Positions 1 through 11,574 of a stretch of 32,366 nucleotides of DNA are shown here, one piece after another. The translations under genes were made by a program, and so were the position numbers. Location of the stretch: positions 1 to 32,366 of the forward strand of contig MU271683.1 of the NCBI GenBank assembly GCA_021432655.1, read 5' to 3'. The DNA comes from Atractiella rhizophila. Taxonomy: Eukaryota. The notes beneath the pieces were generated by a model, which was given only the letters and a program-made list of their open reading frames with translations, did not search any database and was not told the DNA's origin. Numbering within the stretch: position 1 is the first letter of the stretch; each line of letters begins with the position of its first letter.

Positions 1-380
1 TCTACATCGTTTCGCCTTGATCTTCTAATCGGTTAGGAAGTCAGTCTCATACTTATGGACATCTGAAAATCGGAGTTCGATTCTCCGTCGAGGCACCTTT
101 TGCCCTATCTATCTGCCCATGAACCTGAGCCGACTTGTTTGATTCTTTTTTGTACTTTACCAGTGCCTTCCTCGAATTGCACGATTATTGTACCCATAAA
201 TTGCAGCTTACAGAGCATGTCAGGTCATATAAAGAATGAAGTGGCAACTCAGAAGAAGGAAAAGATTGTTAGTGTACAACACCATCGACCCCTAGAACCC
301 ATACCAGTATCGCTTCCCAACAACGTGATAAGAAAATATGATGAAAACAACCAACACATCGAAATTCGAATCAACAGGTC

Positions 381-2581
381 TTAGCTCATCTCAGCAGAGA
401 GGAGGAGCAACAACGACCACCAAAAGGTTGACATGAATAGGATGGGGATGAACGATGGAAGTCTTAAATCAACGGAAGACGCGCCGGAGCTCCTTTCGAC
501 TTCCAACGCCCTCAGAGGCTGGACTCTTACTCCCCCTCCCGCTCCATAAACATCCTCACTCTCTCCAATCGCAATGACGGTGCTCGCATTATCGTACTCG
601 TGCTCGGTAGAGAGACGACACCCCGGTCCACCCTCTATCCACTCTATCTCCGGCGGGGTTCCCTCGTTCGTGGAATTGTCAGGGTTGTAGCACAGCAAGA
701 ACTGAAAGCTAGCCTTCTTCCAACACTCCCTCTCTCCATCTCCTCCTTCCATACCCTGCGAAGCCGGCATCACAGGGGGCATGCCCATCCCCACAGCCGT
801 CGCACCCGGTTGAACCACATCCATCTCTCCCATCCCCACGCCGTCGTTCCGATCCAGCCCAAACCTCACACCCTCCCCCAACTTCTCTAAATCCACAATC
901 GCAAACGTCGGTTCCACGTCCACCAAATCATGGCACGGATCGATGCTGTCCTCCCCAGACCTGACACCTCGAAACCTGGCGGAGGGAAGGACGCGGTTTC
1001 CGTACACAGACCAGTGGTGGACGCCGGCGAGGGCGAGGCCGAAGAGCATGTTGCGGCCTTTGAAGAGGTTGTTGCGCACAGTTGCGCCGTAGAGGGGAGT
1101 GTTGAGGTTGTCGCCCCAGGGTGGCGAGCCCATCGCTATCCTGTGGCAGTGGTTATCTGTCAGCCTCCGAACATTCGTTTTGTCGTTTGGATGGTGAATT
1201 GGAATTGGGGACATGGTGAAGACAAACCCGATTTTAATCTGCTTCTCCTCAGCAATGATGGTGTTCCCCTCAACGACGACGCCCTCGAAGCTTCCACGAG
1301 GGATGGAGTGGATGGAAGAATTGACGCCGATGTAGTCGACCATATTTATTCCTCCCAATCCATGTTGGTTCACGTTCGATATCGTGTTGTTCACTATTCG
1401 TGTGCCCTGTTCATCCCATCACCCCATCAAAATGACACATGTCAGCTGGGGTTCGTTCGGTATTTCATGTTCGGGACAAAGAAGGAAAAGAACTCACGGG
1501 AGCTCCAAACACGACTATCCCTCCATCCGTCGCGTCCACGATCGTATTATTAGCGACCAATCCATCGACGCACTATAAGCAACATCGTTCAATCCAGAAG
1601 GAGCGATAAAGGATAAGTGGAAAGGACGAACCTGGAAAGATATTCCGTCCCCTATTGGGCCGGTGTTCCAGGTGACACCACACGGTCCAATCTCGTTATC
1701 CAAGATTTTTGCGCCGGTGCATCCTCCGTCCCTACTTCCTCACATTAGTTGACAATTCAACAATTCGACAAATAAGAGGAAGATGGAAGAGGAGAAACGG
1801 GAGAGTAGAAGAGCGTACGCGACATGCAGACAACTCCAACTCCTCGTCCCCCACACTTTACAACCCTTCACAGTCAAATTCGCACTCCAATTCCCCAACT
1901 CTAACAGCGCAGGAGGATAAGATTTCTTAGGAGGGAGGGGGAGGACGTCTCTGCCACCGAAGACGCGAAGGGAGAGGAGGAGGATGGAGTGGCACGCTAG
2001 ACAACTGTGCGTGCTTATCGCTGTCGTAGATGTTGTGGGTTCTATTTTGGAGTCGGATGAGGGAGGGGTAGTTGTGGTCAGGTTGAGCAGGGCTCGGTCG
2101 TCGCCTGTGGTTGTTGGGCCGCCTATCGTTTGGAGGGTTTGTCTGGATGCTGCATTATAAGCATTATAAGAATAATGAGCGACATGAAGAAGGAAAGGAA
2201 TAAAAGGCGAACCTGTAAAGACGACCACTCCTCCCAGTTGGATGACGGCTCGTCGACAGAGGTTGACCACGGTCCCCTCTCCGCCTTGTTGGAAGAGACG
2301 GTTGATGTCTTTTTCGGTTGCCTCGCTGCCTAGACAACGCTCGGTGTGTCCGTACTCGTTGAGGTCGTAGTGCGGCGGCGGCGGGGTGTATGAAGTGTCG
2401 AGGTCGGTGGAAATGGATATGTGACTGTCGTGGGAAGGAGACGAGAAGGAAGGGAGGGAGGAAGGGAGCGGAGACAGGAAAGTGAGGAGGGCGGTGAGTA
2501 GGAGGAGGAGGAGGAGGGAGAGTATGCCTTTGCCCAAGCGGAGGGTGAGAGACGACGTTTTGTTCGATGGTGGGTGTGCAT
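381..2581 (-). CDS. Multi-exon secreted or membrane-anchored right-handed beta-helix (pectin-lyase-like) protein; start codon uncertain
   Basis: ORF pieces 1740-2537, 1515-1703 and 381-1394 join across short introns (e.g. in-frame intron 2150-2212). Motifs CLGSEATEKDINRLF..GGEGTVVNLC, RSWSCLHV, NEIGPCG, GDGIS, LGGINMVD, GVVVEGNTI and IKIG..IAMG match my recollection of a basidiomycete beta-helix family. Hydrophobic N-terminus (ILSLLLLLLLTALLTFL) and hydrophobic C-terminal tail. Confidence 0.65.
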
Positions 2582-3397
2582 GTTGGAGCCTGAGTGATGG
2601 TGCCGTGATGGTGTTGGATGTGGAAACAGTTGGAAGGTAGAAGTGGCGAGTTGAGATGGAGTTACAGCATATGAGGTGAGAGATAGAAGAGTATGGGAGG
2701 AGGAGGAGTAGGAGCAGTACAATATCGGAGGAGTAAGAGGAGAGTGAAGAGGCGGATGAGGATTATAATTATAATAATGTTGAGAGAAAAAGAACTCGGC
2801 GATCATATCAACATGCTTGCGAGATAAAGTTTAGTCCGTCCTCTTTCCTTGTCAACGTGCATCCATAATTCTAGAGCCAGGGGGCGTAACGGCATAACGC
2901 AGGAACTTGCAGTGAGCTCGTCTCTTTCATGTTGTTTGGTGATTACCGTTGCCAACGACATCGGCCATGCATTTTATGAACTCAATTCGAGTTATGTGCA
3001 GTCCTTGGAAATAAATAAATGCTTCACCAAAAACAGCCTCTGAAGGACTTGAAATTACTGAATCAAGTCGTTGGCGGACCAGTTTACTAGCTTGTTTAGA
3101 CTCGGAATTCGAGCGTTTATAGTGCTCATTCTGGCTCGTTCAAGCCACAGCTCCTGCCAGTATCCCGAGCGGCGGTTCTTTACTAAATCGCCGTCATCGC
3201 AGACATTTCCGCAATAGTTATTGCTTCAAATTTATCTGATATGTTCCTCTTCAATGAGCAACAGCCGACAAGAGAGATAAAGGACATTCATGCTGACAAA
3301 TACGAATGGGTTAGCAATCGCCAAACTGCCACTCCTCTCCCGCCTCCTCAAATCTCTTCCTCTCGTCCCTATTTCTATTTCAAAAAGAACAGCGACG

Positions 3398-4092
3398 ATG
3401 TCGTCTGCCATCGAACTCCAGACCGCCTTCCTCTCCCAACCTTCCTTCGCGGTGAGCTGATCCCTCCTCTCCTTGCTTCATTGCTTCCTCCCATCCACTC
3501 CCTCCATGCTCTCCGAGATCAAGACAGTTACATTGGTTCACAGGTGGTCGGAGCATCCAAGGATCCTTCAAAGTTCGGAAACAAGGTATTGAAGTGGTAC
3601 AAGGCCCATAACCTCTCCGTCACGCCTATCAACCCGAAAGAGAGTGAGATCGAGGGCATCGTGCGTCTCTTCTCAATTTCCTTACGGTACGCTCTCTGAC
3701 GCGGTGTGGATGATACGATGCCAGTCTGCGATACAGAGCATCGACAGCCTCCAGAACCCAAAGTCTACCTCGCTTTCCGTCATCACGCCACCAAAAGTGA
3801 CGATGACCGTCCTTCCTAAAGCATTGGAACTCGGCATCCCCTATATCTGGCTTCAACCTGGTTCGTCCTCATCTACTTTCTTCTCTCATTTAGTCTTTTT
3901 ATTTATCAAGCTTGACGGTTGCTGATCTGGTTGTTTATCTGCTTGTGTGTGTGTTGTGATGGCACAGGTTGCGAGGATGCTGAAGTCGTTGAGTGGATCA
4001 AGGAGAATGCGAAGGACAAGGTGCTTTACGGCGGAGTTTGCGTTTTGGTCGACGGTGAGAAGAGGATGAGGGAGGGTGCTACTCGCCTTTGA
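3398..4092 (+). CDS. CoA-binding domain protein (YccU-like Rossmann fold), 4 exons, about 143 aa
   Basis: Exons 3398-3451, 3544-3660, 3725-3860 and 3968-4092 with GT-AG introns splice in frame to MSSAIELQTAFLSQPSFAVVGASKDPSKFGNKVLKWY..VTPINPK..SLSVITPP..IWLQPG..VCVLV. VVGAS, PINP and WLQPG are the CoA_binding_2 signature. Confidence 0.9.
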
Positions 4093-4160
4093 TGACTGCT
4101 TGGTGCCATTAAGTTGCAGGAATTGTTTCTTGTGTACTCGTATCATTGAATATTGTATCT

Positions 4161-4649
4161 TGTCAGGCTTGCCCCTATGCATTACCAAAATGCACCATCT
4201 GAAGTCACGTGACCTACTTTACCATGTCATAAGATCATGTGCTTACCCATCGCCGCTTTGCTCATGTTCGCGCTGATCGCCGCCTTCCCTATCTCACACG
4301 AATCGCCGCTCAGCAAACCTTACACGTTTTGCCGGTCTGCACCGTCTCCATTATTGCTTTATTGTCCTTTCTCACTTGTACTGCTCAGTGTGACTTATTT
4401 CCGAGTATTCCCTTTATTGCTTTCCCGATCTAGCTATCTTACATGTTTCAAGAAACGTATGTTACAGTTTATGGCAGTGCCTTCACATAGGTATATATAC
4501 ATCGAGATGTAGTGATGGTGACCTCAGAGTATTCTCTTAGGTTTACCTCCACTACAGGTTAGTCTCCCCATGCCATACTATTCTCTTAAGTTTACCTCCA
4601 CTACAGACGTATCGCCTATCGGCGACCGCACATAGTGTCAGCCCTAACA
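4161..4649 (+). mobile_element. Solo LTR of the same family as the 8765-17695 element, in opposite orientation
   Basis: TGTCAGGCTTGCCCC...GCCCTAACA is the reverse complement of the LTRs at 8765-9254 and 17208-17695, with many CpG transitions. Flanks TATCT/CGAGG do not form a TSD. Confidence 0.9.
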
Positions 4650-5035
4650 CGAGGCAATGATGGCAGTATCTTTTGGACTCTTTTGGACTATAACTACTAC
4701 CATGTTAGTTCCTTAGCCCCCCTTCAGATCGCATACTATCCTGTTCCAACATATTCCGCACTTTGGTGATACATAAACTGAGGGTCTCTCAGTGTTCTTC
4801 TTGGATTGCTTCCCAATAGTGCCAGTAGTTTCCTAAGCCTTCCCATATTCTGTGCAGATCCAACCGAATTGAGAGTGTAAGTCTCAATATCTTGTTCAAC
4901 TCTCCTTTTGACGTACCCCATCCCGTCCGTATATACTATCACATGACAATCATACGCCAAGGACAGACACGCGCGGGACAAACGACACATTTCACTTCAA
5001 CAACCATGTTTTTTAATTCAATCGGAACAAGGAAA

Positions 5036-5527
5036 TGTAGACAAAGGCTAATTTAAGATAGAATAAGGACCACTAGAGAACTCCATCTTACCCTTAAATA
5101 AGAAGACAATGGCGATTGGACAAGATAGAAAATGTGGGCAAGATAAAAGAAAATAGGGCAACATAGGATTTAGGGCAGGATGTAGGAGATCAGAGGATGA
5201 GGGGGGAAAGGAGGTGGAGTTAGGTGGGATGCTAAAGGAAGAGGAAAGCTATAAAAAGGGAGAGTTTAGAGGGAAATATCATTCCTTACTCGTGCTATGA
5301 GCATCCTACACTGTCGTTTGACTGCTTACTTATTTCTCTCGCCCTCACGTGCTTGCTTTAGGTACTTTGGGTCAATTATAGTGTTGCAAAGCGTGTTTTT
5401 TTCATTACAAACACTAGTTTACTATCCTAGTCCTCTTTCGCTAAGCTGCTCAGGTATGTGCCCACCAAAAGTTTATTCCCAAATTCGAACTTTCCCTCTA
5501 GTCCGGGATAAGTGACTTCACTTTACA
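5036..5527 (+). mobile_element. Possible solo LTR of an unrelated family
   Basis: TGTAGA...TTTACA termini, about 490 bp, purine-rich first half, TATAAAA near 5250, internal inverted repeat TAGAGGGAAA/TTTCCCTCTA. No TSD and no second copy in the window. Confidence 0.25.
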
Positions 5528-5529
5528 TC

Positions 5530-8200
5530 AGCTCCTGATCAACAGCCAGCCAGCAATCAAGCATCAAATATCTCTTACCATTTGAATATATCCCAATCCA
5601 CCTCTAGTGGCCAGCCTCTCTTTATCCCTTCTGGTATCAAAGACCTAATGCTCGGTGATCAAAGCAGAACTGAGCATGCTTCCCCAATGCCAGCACCATA
5701 TGATTGGGATTTTTCATAGTTTCCTTCCTTTTGGCTACTTTGTCCATCGTCAGTACTTTTTGGCAAACAAGTCTATAGTCACTTTCCAAAGTCACATAGA
5801 TACAACTCACTCCACAGCAGGTTCTTCAGAGATACTCACATCATTCTGACCCTCTTCATCCACCTCTGGAGAAGTTCCAGCTTCTCCATTATCTTTCTAG
5901 AATGAGTAAGAAGCCCCTTCTCCAGACCCAATAGGCCACGAGCTGACAAGCAATGATGCACATTCTAGACCTGGATGTCTGCATTCAAGAAATTTGGGTG
6001 TAAGTCTCTACATGACATGTACTCTAGGAGAAGCTCACCCTGTCAGCTCTTCTGAGCATATTACCAATATGTCTGTTAAATCTGACCAAACACCTGGTCC
6101 ATCACTGAATGCCAAAGCAGCAAACTTCAATGAAACCTCTTACCTAACCTGCAAGTCACAAACCAAAATTTGTCCACATGTCATGCCAATGACTACATGT
6201 TGAATGGCCCCCAGAATATCAATCCTACACGGCTCCTCCTCTTTTGCCCCATTCAACACCTCCTTTGTCGACACTCTTGAAGAAGCATCGATCCATTTTG
6301 TCCAAACCTCTCCCAAACCTCCACTATATTTCACCAGACTCCTCTTAAGCAATAAATACCTTTGCTCAGACTGCTCCTTCTTTTTCCCCTTTCAGTTAGC
6401 AGCCTTCAGTTGAGGAAATGGATTTGTGTTAGAGGAGGGGGCAGAGTATGTTGCTGCTTGAGGCATAAGGAGGTTTGGCAGTAGGGCAGGGACAGATCGA
6501 CAGGTTATATTGCCCATGAGTCCGAGGGTAGGAGCAATGAAATTGTCGAGAACAGAATGAAATAGAGTGTGAACCCAGTGAAATATGTATATGTTTTAGA
6601 GGAAGTTATAACGTTCCATTATAAGTCAACATATTGCCATCTCTTTACTCACAATGAAGGACGTGTGCAAAGGAGTCTGTTGACATCGACTCAAGGCGAT
6701 CTACCGCATTGTCCACAAGACTGAACATCATAATGGAGGGAAGGCCGACTAAGATCTCTTGTCACGTACCAATATCATAATGTTTGAGGTAAGAATTCTT
6801 ACAGTAATGAGCAAGCAAACACAGTCTACCATCAGTGGCTTTAGAACAAAATCCTGAGCACAGACCAATGAAAAACTGATCCTTTAATGACAAGTTTCGT
6901 CAAGTCCACACATCATACAAATCTCACCACTTTCTCTGTCCACTCCAAATCTCCCAAACTGGCCCCAAGTCTGCCTATACATGCCAATAATTCCTGGCCA
7001 GAGTCTTCTTCAGCTTCCATCCAGTCTGTATTTGGTAACAGAGTGCTCTGCTGTGAACCCAGCAAAGGATGGAAGAGTGAGAGAAGGTATCGAAGACATT
7101 CCTGAGATTCTGATGAACTAAGGGATTGCAGGAGTAAGAGAAGGCATCGAAGACGTTCCTGGAAATCTGATGATCTAAGGGATTGCAGTCAATCCACAAA
7201 CTCCACCTCTTCTCGACGCAATCTCAGGCATTTCATTTGAATATTCACAGTGGCCCCGTTCGTGGGCAATTCTGCCATTGTGTCACCGCAAGTCTGCCAT
7301 GCATGGAAGAAAAAGCAGCTCCTGATCCTCTGAGGACTTGGATATCTCGCTGTTGTCCTTGTCCTCTGTTGTGTCACAGTTGTTGTTATTATCGTCCATA
7401 TCCTCATTTCCTATATATTCGTCATCTGATCGCAGAAAGTGATCACACCTATCTTTATCAGCTACTTCGGCCTCAACAACATCTTCCCCATCACCAAATC
7501 TGTCCTCATCTGTGTCCATAGAGTCCTCATCCATCAGCTCCTTGTCTGTGCCTCTCAATTGAGCTATTTCCACCACATTAGTCATCCCATCCCTCATCTG
7601 AGCTATAGCACCTTCTAACCCAACCCTATCATCCAGTCCTGCTACCTCTTTCTCCACTTCATAGGTTTCCCCTTCTGCAAGCCATACTCCCAACCCCTTG
7701 ACTTTTTTACCCATCAATTCCTTACTTGCACTACTCGAGATTCCAGGCAGAGACACTCCAGGCGCCACACCATCCAACAAGGCCGCTGGTGCGTGTTCAT
7801 CAACACTCTCTATACCTAAGTCTCCATCTCCACCTGTGGATATAGACCGTCCTCCCTAGTTTCTTCATCTCCTCTCTCCATAATGTTGGCCATGATGTTA
7901 TCTGGAGCTGGTGTCATAGACTTTATCAGCAAGTTGTTCGAAATGTTGAACAACATGGAAGACTGACCTTAATCCATTTGATAACCTACTTGGGACTATA
8001 TTTTAATTGTCGCTCCCACAAAGCTATCAATGGAGGCTTCCAGTGTACTTAGCAATAACATATCCACATTGTTTGGGGCCTTCAACATATACAAGGCTTC
8101 ATCTAGAAGGCTTAGGCTGTAAGTGAGGTAAGTTGGAAAAGTTAGAATTTAGACATGTAATCGAACAAGGCCATACCTGAGTAGAAGAGGTCTGCTCTTC
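5530..8200 (-). pseudogene. Degenerate CpG-depleted coding or repeat relic, including acidic ORF 7283-7780
   Basis: Broken minus-strand reading frames and scarce CG dinucleotides compared with neighbouring genes; no recognisable domain. Confidence 0.35.
7081..7188. repeat. Imperfect tandem duplication, about 57 bp x2
   Basis: gagaaggtatcgaagacattcctgagattctgatgaactaagggattgcag recurs as gagaaggcatcgaagacgttcctggaaatctgatgatctaagggattgcag. Confidence 0.8.
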
Positions 8201-8214
8201 ATCTCCTCATGAGG

Positions 8215-8545
8215 GACTATTTTTTAAAGAATTCTTTAAAAAAATTAAAAAATATGAATTTTATATATATGTCCTTATGAGATAAGAAATAAAAAATATG
8301 AGAAAAGAAATTATATAATTTATATATATTTATTACAAATGAATAAATAAATAATAAATAAATGAAATAAAATTAATAAAAGAAATAAAAAGAAATATAA
8401 CATAAAAAATATGAAAAACAACACAAAAATAATGATGAAAATTATGAGAAAAGAAATTATATTTTTCTCGAATTATTTTCTCAAAGATGTAAAATCTGTA
8501 TCTATAAATAAAAGATAATAAATAATTTATAATACATAAACATGA
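8215..8545. repeat. AT-rich low-complexity tract with (AAAT)n and TA runs
   Basis: Almost entirely A/T, e.g. aataaataaataataaataaatgaaataaaattaataaaag. Confidence 0.85.
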
Positions 8546-8764
8546 TAATGCGTAAAGTTCTGCTGAAGGAGAAAGAGATGGAAGAAATTGAGACCAAGTG
8601 GTGGTAGTTTGCAAGCATATTGTAGAGGTAGGAGTAGAGACTGAATCTTGAAGGCGCAGAGTTTTTACTGCATTGAAGAAGTGGGTGGAAAATATTTCGA
8701 GGCAGTAAAACCAAGGCTCGACTTATAAACAGACAAGGTAGTGAAAGTGCAGTCAGGATACCCC

Positions 8765-9254
8765 TGTTAGGGCTAACACTATGTGCGGTCGCCGATAGGC
8801 GATGCGTCTGTAGTGGAGGTAAACCTAAGAGAATAATATGGCATGAGAAGACTAACCTATAGTGGAGGTAAACCTAAGAGAATACTCTGAGGTCACCACC
8901 ACTACATCTCGATGTATATATACATATGTAAAAGCACTGCCATAAACTGTACCATAAGTTTCTTGAAACATGTAAGATAGCTAGATCAGGAAAGCAATAA
9001 AAGGAAAGCTCGGAAATAAGACATACTGAGTAGTACAAGCGAGAAAGGACAATAAAGCAATAATTGAGACGGTGCAGACCGGCGAAATGTATAAGGTTTG
9101 CTGAGCGGCGATTCGTGTGAGACAGGGGAAGGCGTCGATCAGCGAGAACGTGAGCAAAGCGGCGATGAGCAGGCGCGTGGTCCCATGGCATGGTAAAGTG
9201 GGTCACGTGACTTCAGATGGTGCATTTCGGTAATGCGTAGGGGCAAGCCTGACA
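8765..9254 (-). repeat. 3' LTR (490 bp)
   Basis: Direct repeat of 17208-17695 (about 14 substitutions and one 2-bp indel by eye). Contains a TATA palindrome at 8912-8925 and a duplicated tagtggaggtaaacctaagagaata motif. Confidence 0.97.
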
Positions 9255-9263
9255 ACACCCCCC
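9255..9263 (-). other. Polypurine tract
   Basis: Minus strand reads GGGGGGTGT immediately before the TGTCAGG start of the 3' LTR. Confidence 0.7.
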
Positions 9264-9378
9264 AAATTTCTGACTCGTGTACGTGAGTCACGGAATTTTA
9301 AAGTTAAGGTTTGCGGCTAGCTTGGGCGAAAAAATTTTCCAGTTCTACCACCATCACCCTCCGTCTACTCTTGCAAAA

Positions 9379-10895
9379 ATGTCGACCGATGCGCAACTCT
9401 TCGACTTTGTTCTGGCTAACAAGGATAGGAAGGAGAGCACCATTTTCTGGGACGTGGAGAAAGCGAAGGAGGTGAACTTCGGGCGTTTCGCCGATGTGTT
9501 GGAGTGGGGGAAAAGGTGCTACCCTCTGTATGTCAAATTTTGTGATGAAGTGCAGGCAGAGGTGAGTTTTCTTGTCTCATATATTTTGTGTGGTAACTCG
9601 TCGGCGATGGGAAGGTGCGAATGGCTTATGAGGCTGCCAAAGGTTTCGGTGATGGACGGGTTTTGTCATTTCCTCTGCATATGCCTGTGGAAGGCGTGCA
9701 GGCGTTGCGTGATGAACTTCGTCTTTGGGCCGAACAAGCGGCGCTCGTGGAGGAGGAAGCGGTGAGACTCGGGTTTCAGCCCTCCGAGTCGGCGAATGGC
9801 GACCCTGTTTTGCGGAGGAAAGAACGAGAGCTTTTCTTGTCCGACACGAAAAAACGCTTGGCGAAGGAAGAAGAGGAACGCAAACGGGTGGCGCTTGAAA
9901 ATAAACGACGAGCGGCGGAAGAAAATTTGCGTGCTCAAAAGTCGATTTCGGCGGTGAAAGGACCCGAGGTTGGGGTTGTGAGGACTCTATCTGACCATCT
10001 GGTTACTGCGACAACCTTTGTTCTGCCTGCAGCGTTGGGGGATCGAAATCCGTTCGCCGGTGCGCCGGTCGCCGAATTCCTAGTGCGCGACGGAAAAGTG
10101 CGAATCGGCGACAAGGAATTGGATGCGGCGAAATATCGTTACTTCTGGCCAGGTACCCGTGAGGCTTATTCTCATGCTGCGGCGAACATCAATCTGGGTG
10201 AATTGGAACTCGAATTGGTTATCATGACTCCTCGGGCGAACCCGCGCATCCTCCCTACGTTAACGAGCATCGGAACGCAGCGATGTAGTAATTGTACTGG
10301 AAAAATTCGAGCGGCGCCTGTCAAAGCGGCGAAAAAGAAGGCTAAGGCCGACAACGAATCTCAAGTGTGTGACTTCTCCGCTGGGTATGTTGCAACCGCG
10401 TTCGGTCGGGTTTGTTCGCGTTGTCACAGTTCGCGAAAGAGGTGTGAGGTCTTGCCTTTGGGTTATTTGCGGGAACTCTCTATGCTGGTCGTGATGTCGA
10501 CTACCTTCCATCCTAAACGCATAGGCGACGGGAGAAAACGTCCGTCAGCTTTCGCCGAGAGCAATTATGAGAATGTGTCGGACGCCGACGAGGACTCTCC
10601 CTCGCATTCTATGCTGAGCGCCGCCCGGTTGTACTCCGAAGCTTTCAGCATGGATTTCGCACGCACGATGCTCGAGGCCGCCAGGTTAAATGCGCAAGCG
10701 GCGGCGGATGCTCTTAAGGCCGCCGAGTTGCAAATGGAATTGTTTAAAAGGAGGCAGGATGAACGTGTTGCGGAGGATGGGGCCAGTGAGGGTTCTGTGC
10801 TGGAAGGTGTGATAGCCGATGTGACTGGTAGGGTGAGTTCATCTGTTTTTTCGGCGATCCGTCTGATTCTCCAGATGTTTGTTTAGGCATCGTAG
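9379..10895 (+). CDS. Spliced antisense accessory gene of the retrotransposon: coiled-coil plus variant Zn(II)2Cys6-like protein, about 469 aa
   Basis: ATG at 9379. Exon 1 is 9379-9561; intron 9562-9614 (GTGAGT..GTAAC..AAG, phase 0); exon 2 is 9615-10832; probable intron 10833-10886 (GTGAGT..CTGAT..TAG), then GCA TCG TAG. Motif CX2CX24CX14CX2CX6C at 10284-10445; E/K/R-rich helices on both sides. Confidence 0.8.
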
Positions 10896-11574
10896 GGCAC
10901 CTAACTCGTCGCCAGCTGTACAAAAGTCGTCGCATCGGCGAAATCGAGTTCCGACTCGGCGACTTGAAACCTTCGTTGGCTCAGGAGGCTTATGATAATT
11001 CCAATTTCGATGTGTATTCTGATTCTGTTTCGAGCAGTAGTGATAGTGAGGAATCTATTCGGAGCGGCGATTTTGAGCTTTGAAATGTATGTTTTGTGAC
11101 TCCGTATTAGCGGCGAATTGCCGGGCGGCGACAAGTGTAAATCATGTTGTGGTGGCATAAGGCATTGTGGTGAGTGGGGAGATCAATGGCAAAGTGAGTG
11201 ATGTGGGACTCACACTCCCCTGTCTAGGGGAGGACCCTCAGGCGTTCCTCCCACTAGCTACCCAAGCTTATTATGGAGCTCGCAACCAAATAGGCCTGGG
11301 CCACGCGTTCGTGGACACAACGCGCAGTATAACATATCGGCGGTTTGCATGTTCATCGCCGGTCTGTTTCCTTGTGGGATAGTGTGTTGTCGAGCGAACA
11401 AATATGGGAAACAAAAGGATAAAAGCAAAAAATAGAACACCATAAACATCAAAACCAGAACAGGGCGTGAGATGAGAGGGGGCGTTGTGTACCTCGCAAT
11501 TGAGGGATTTTTTGGGATTTGACCGGTGTTGTTTTCGTGCAATAAGCAACCGTTTTTGCGGAACTGGCGTGAGT

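Noticed and set aside
3241..3397. Upstream ATG of the 152-aa ORF as the start of the CoA-binding gene
   Set aside because: That frame reads through intron 1; ATG 3398 with splicing gives the family-typical N-terminus.
8333..8614. 93-aa hydrophobic ORF
   Set aside because: By-product of the AT-rich low-complexity tract (F/I/Y codons).
8811..8884. Spaced 25-bp direct repeats resembling a CRISPR array
   Set aside because: Only two units, part of the LTR R/U5 region, eukaryotic context, no cas genes.
9615..10886. Third ORF as a retroviral env gene
   Set aside because: It is antisense and has no signal peptide, transmembrane segment or fusion-protein features; it is charged and carries a Cys cluster.
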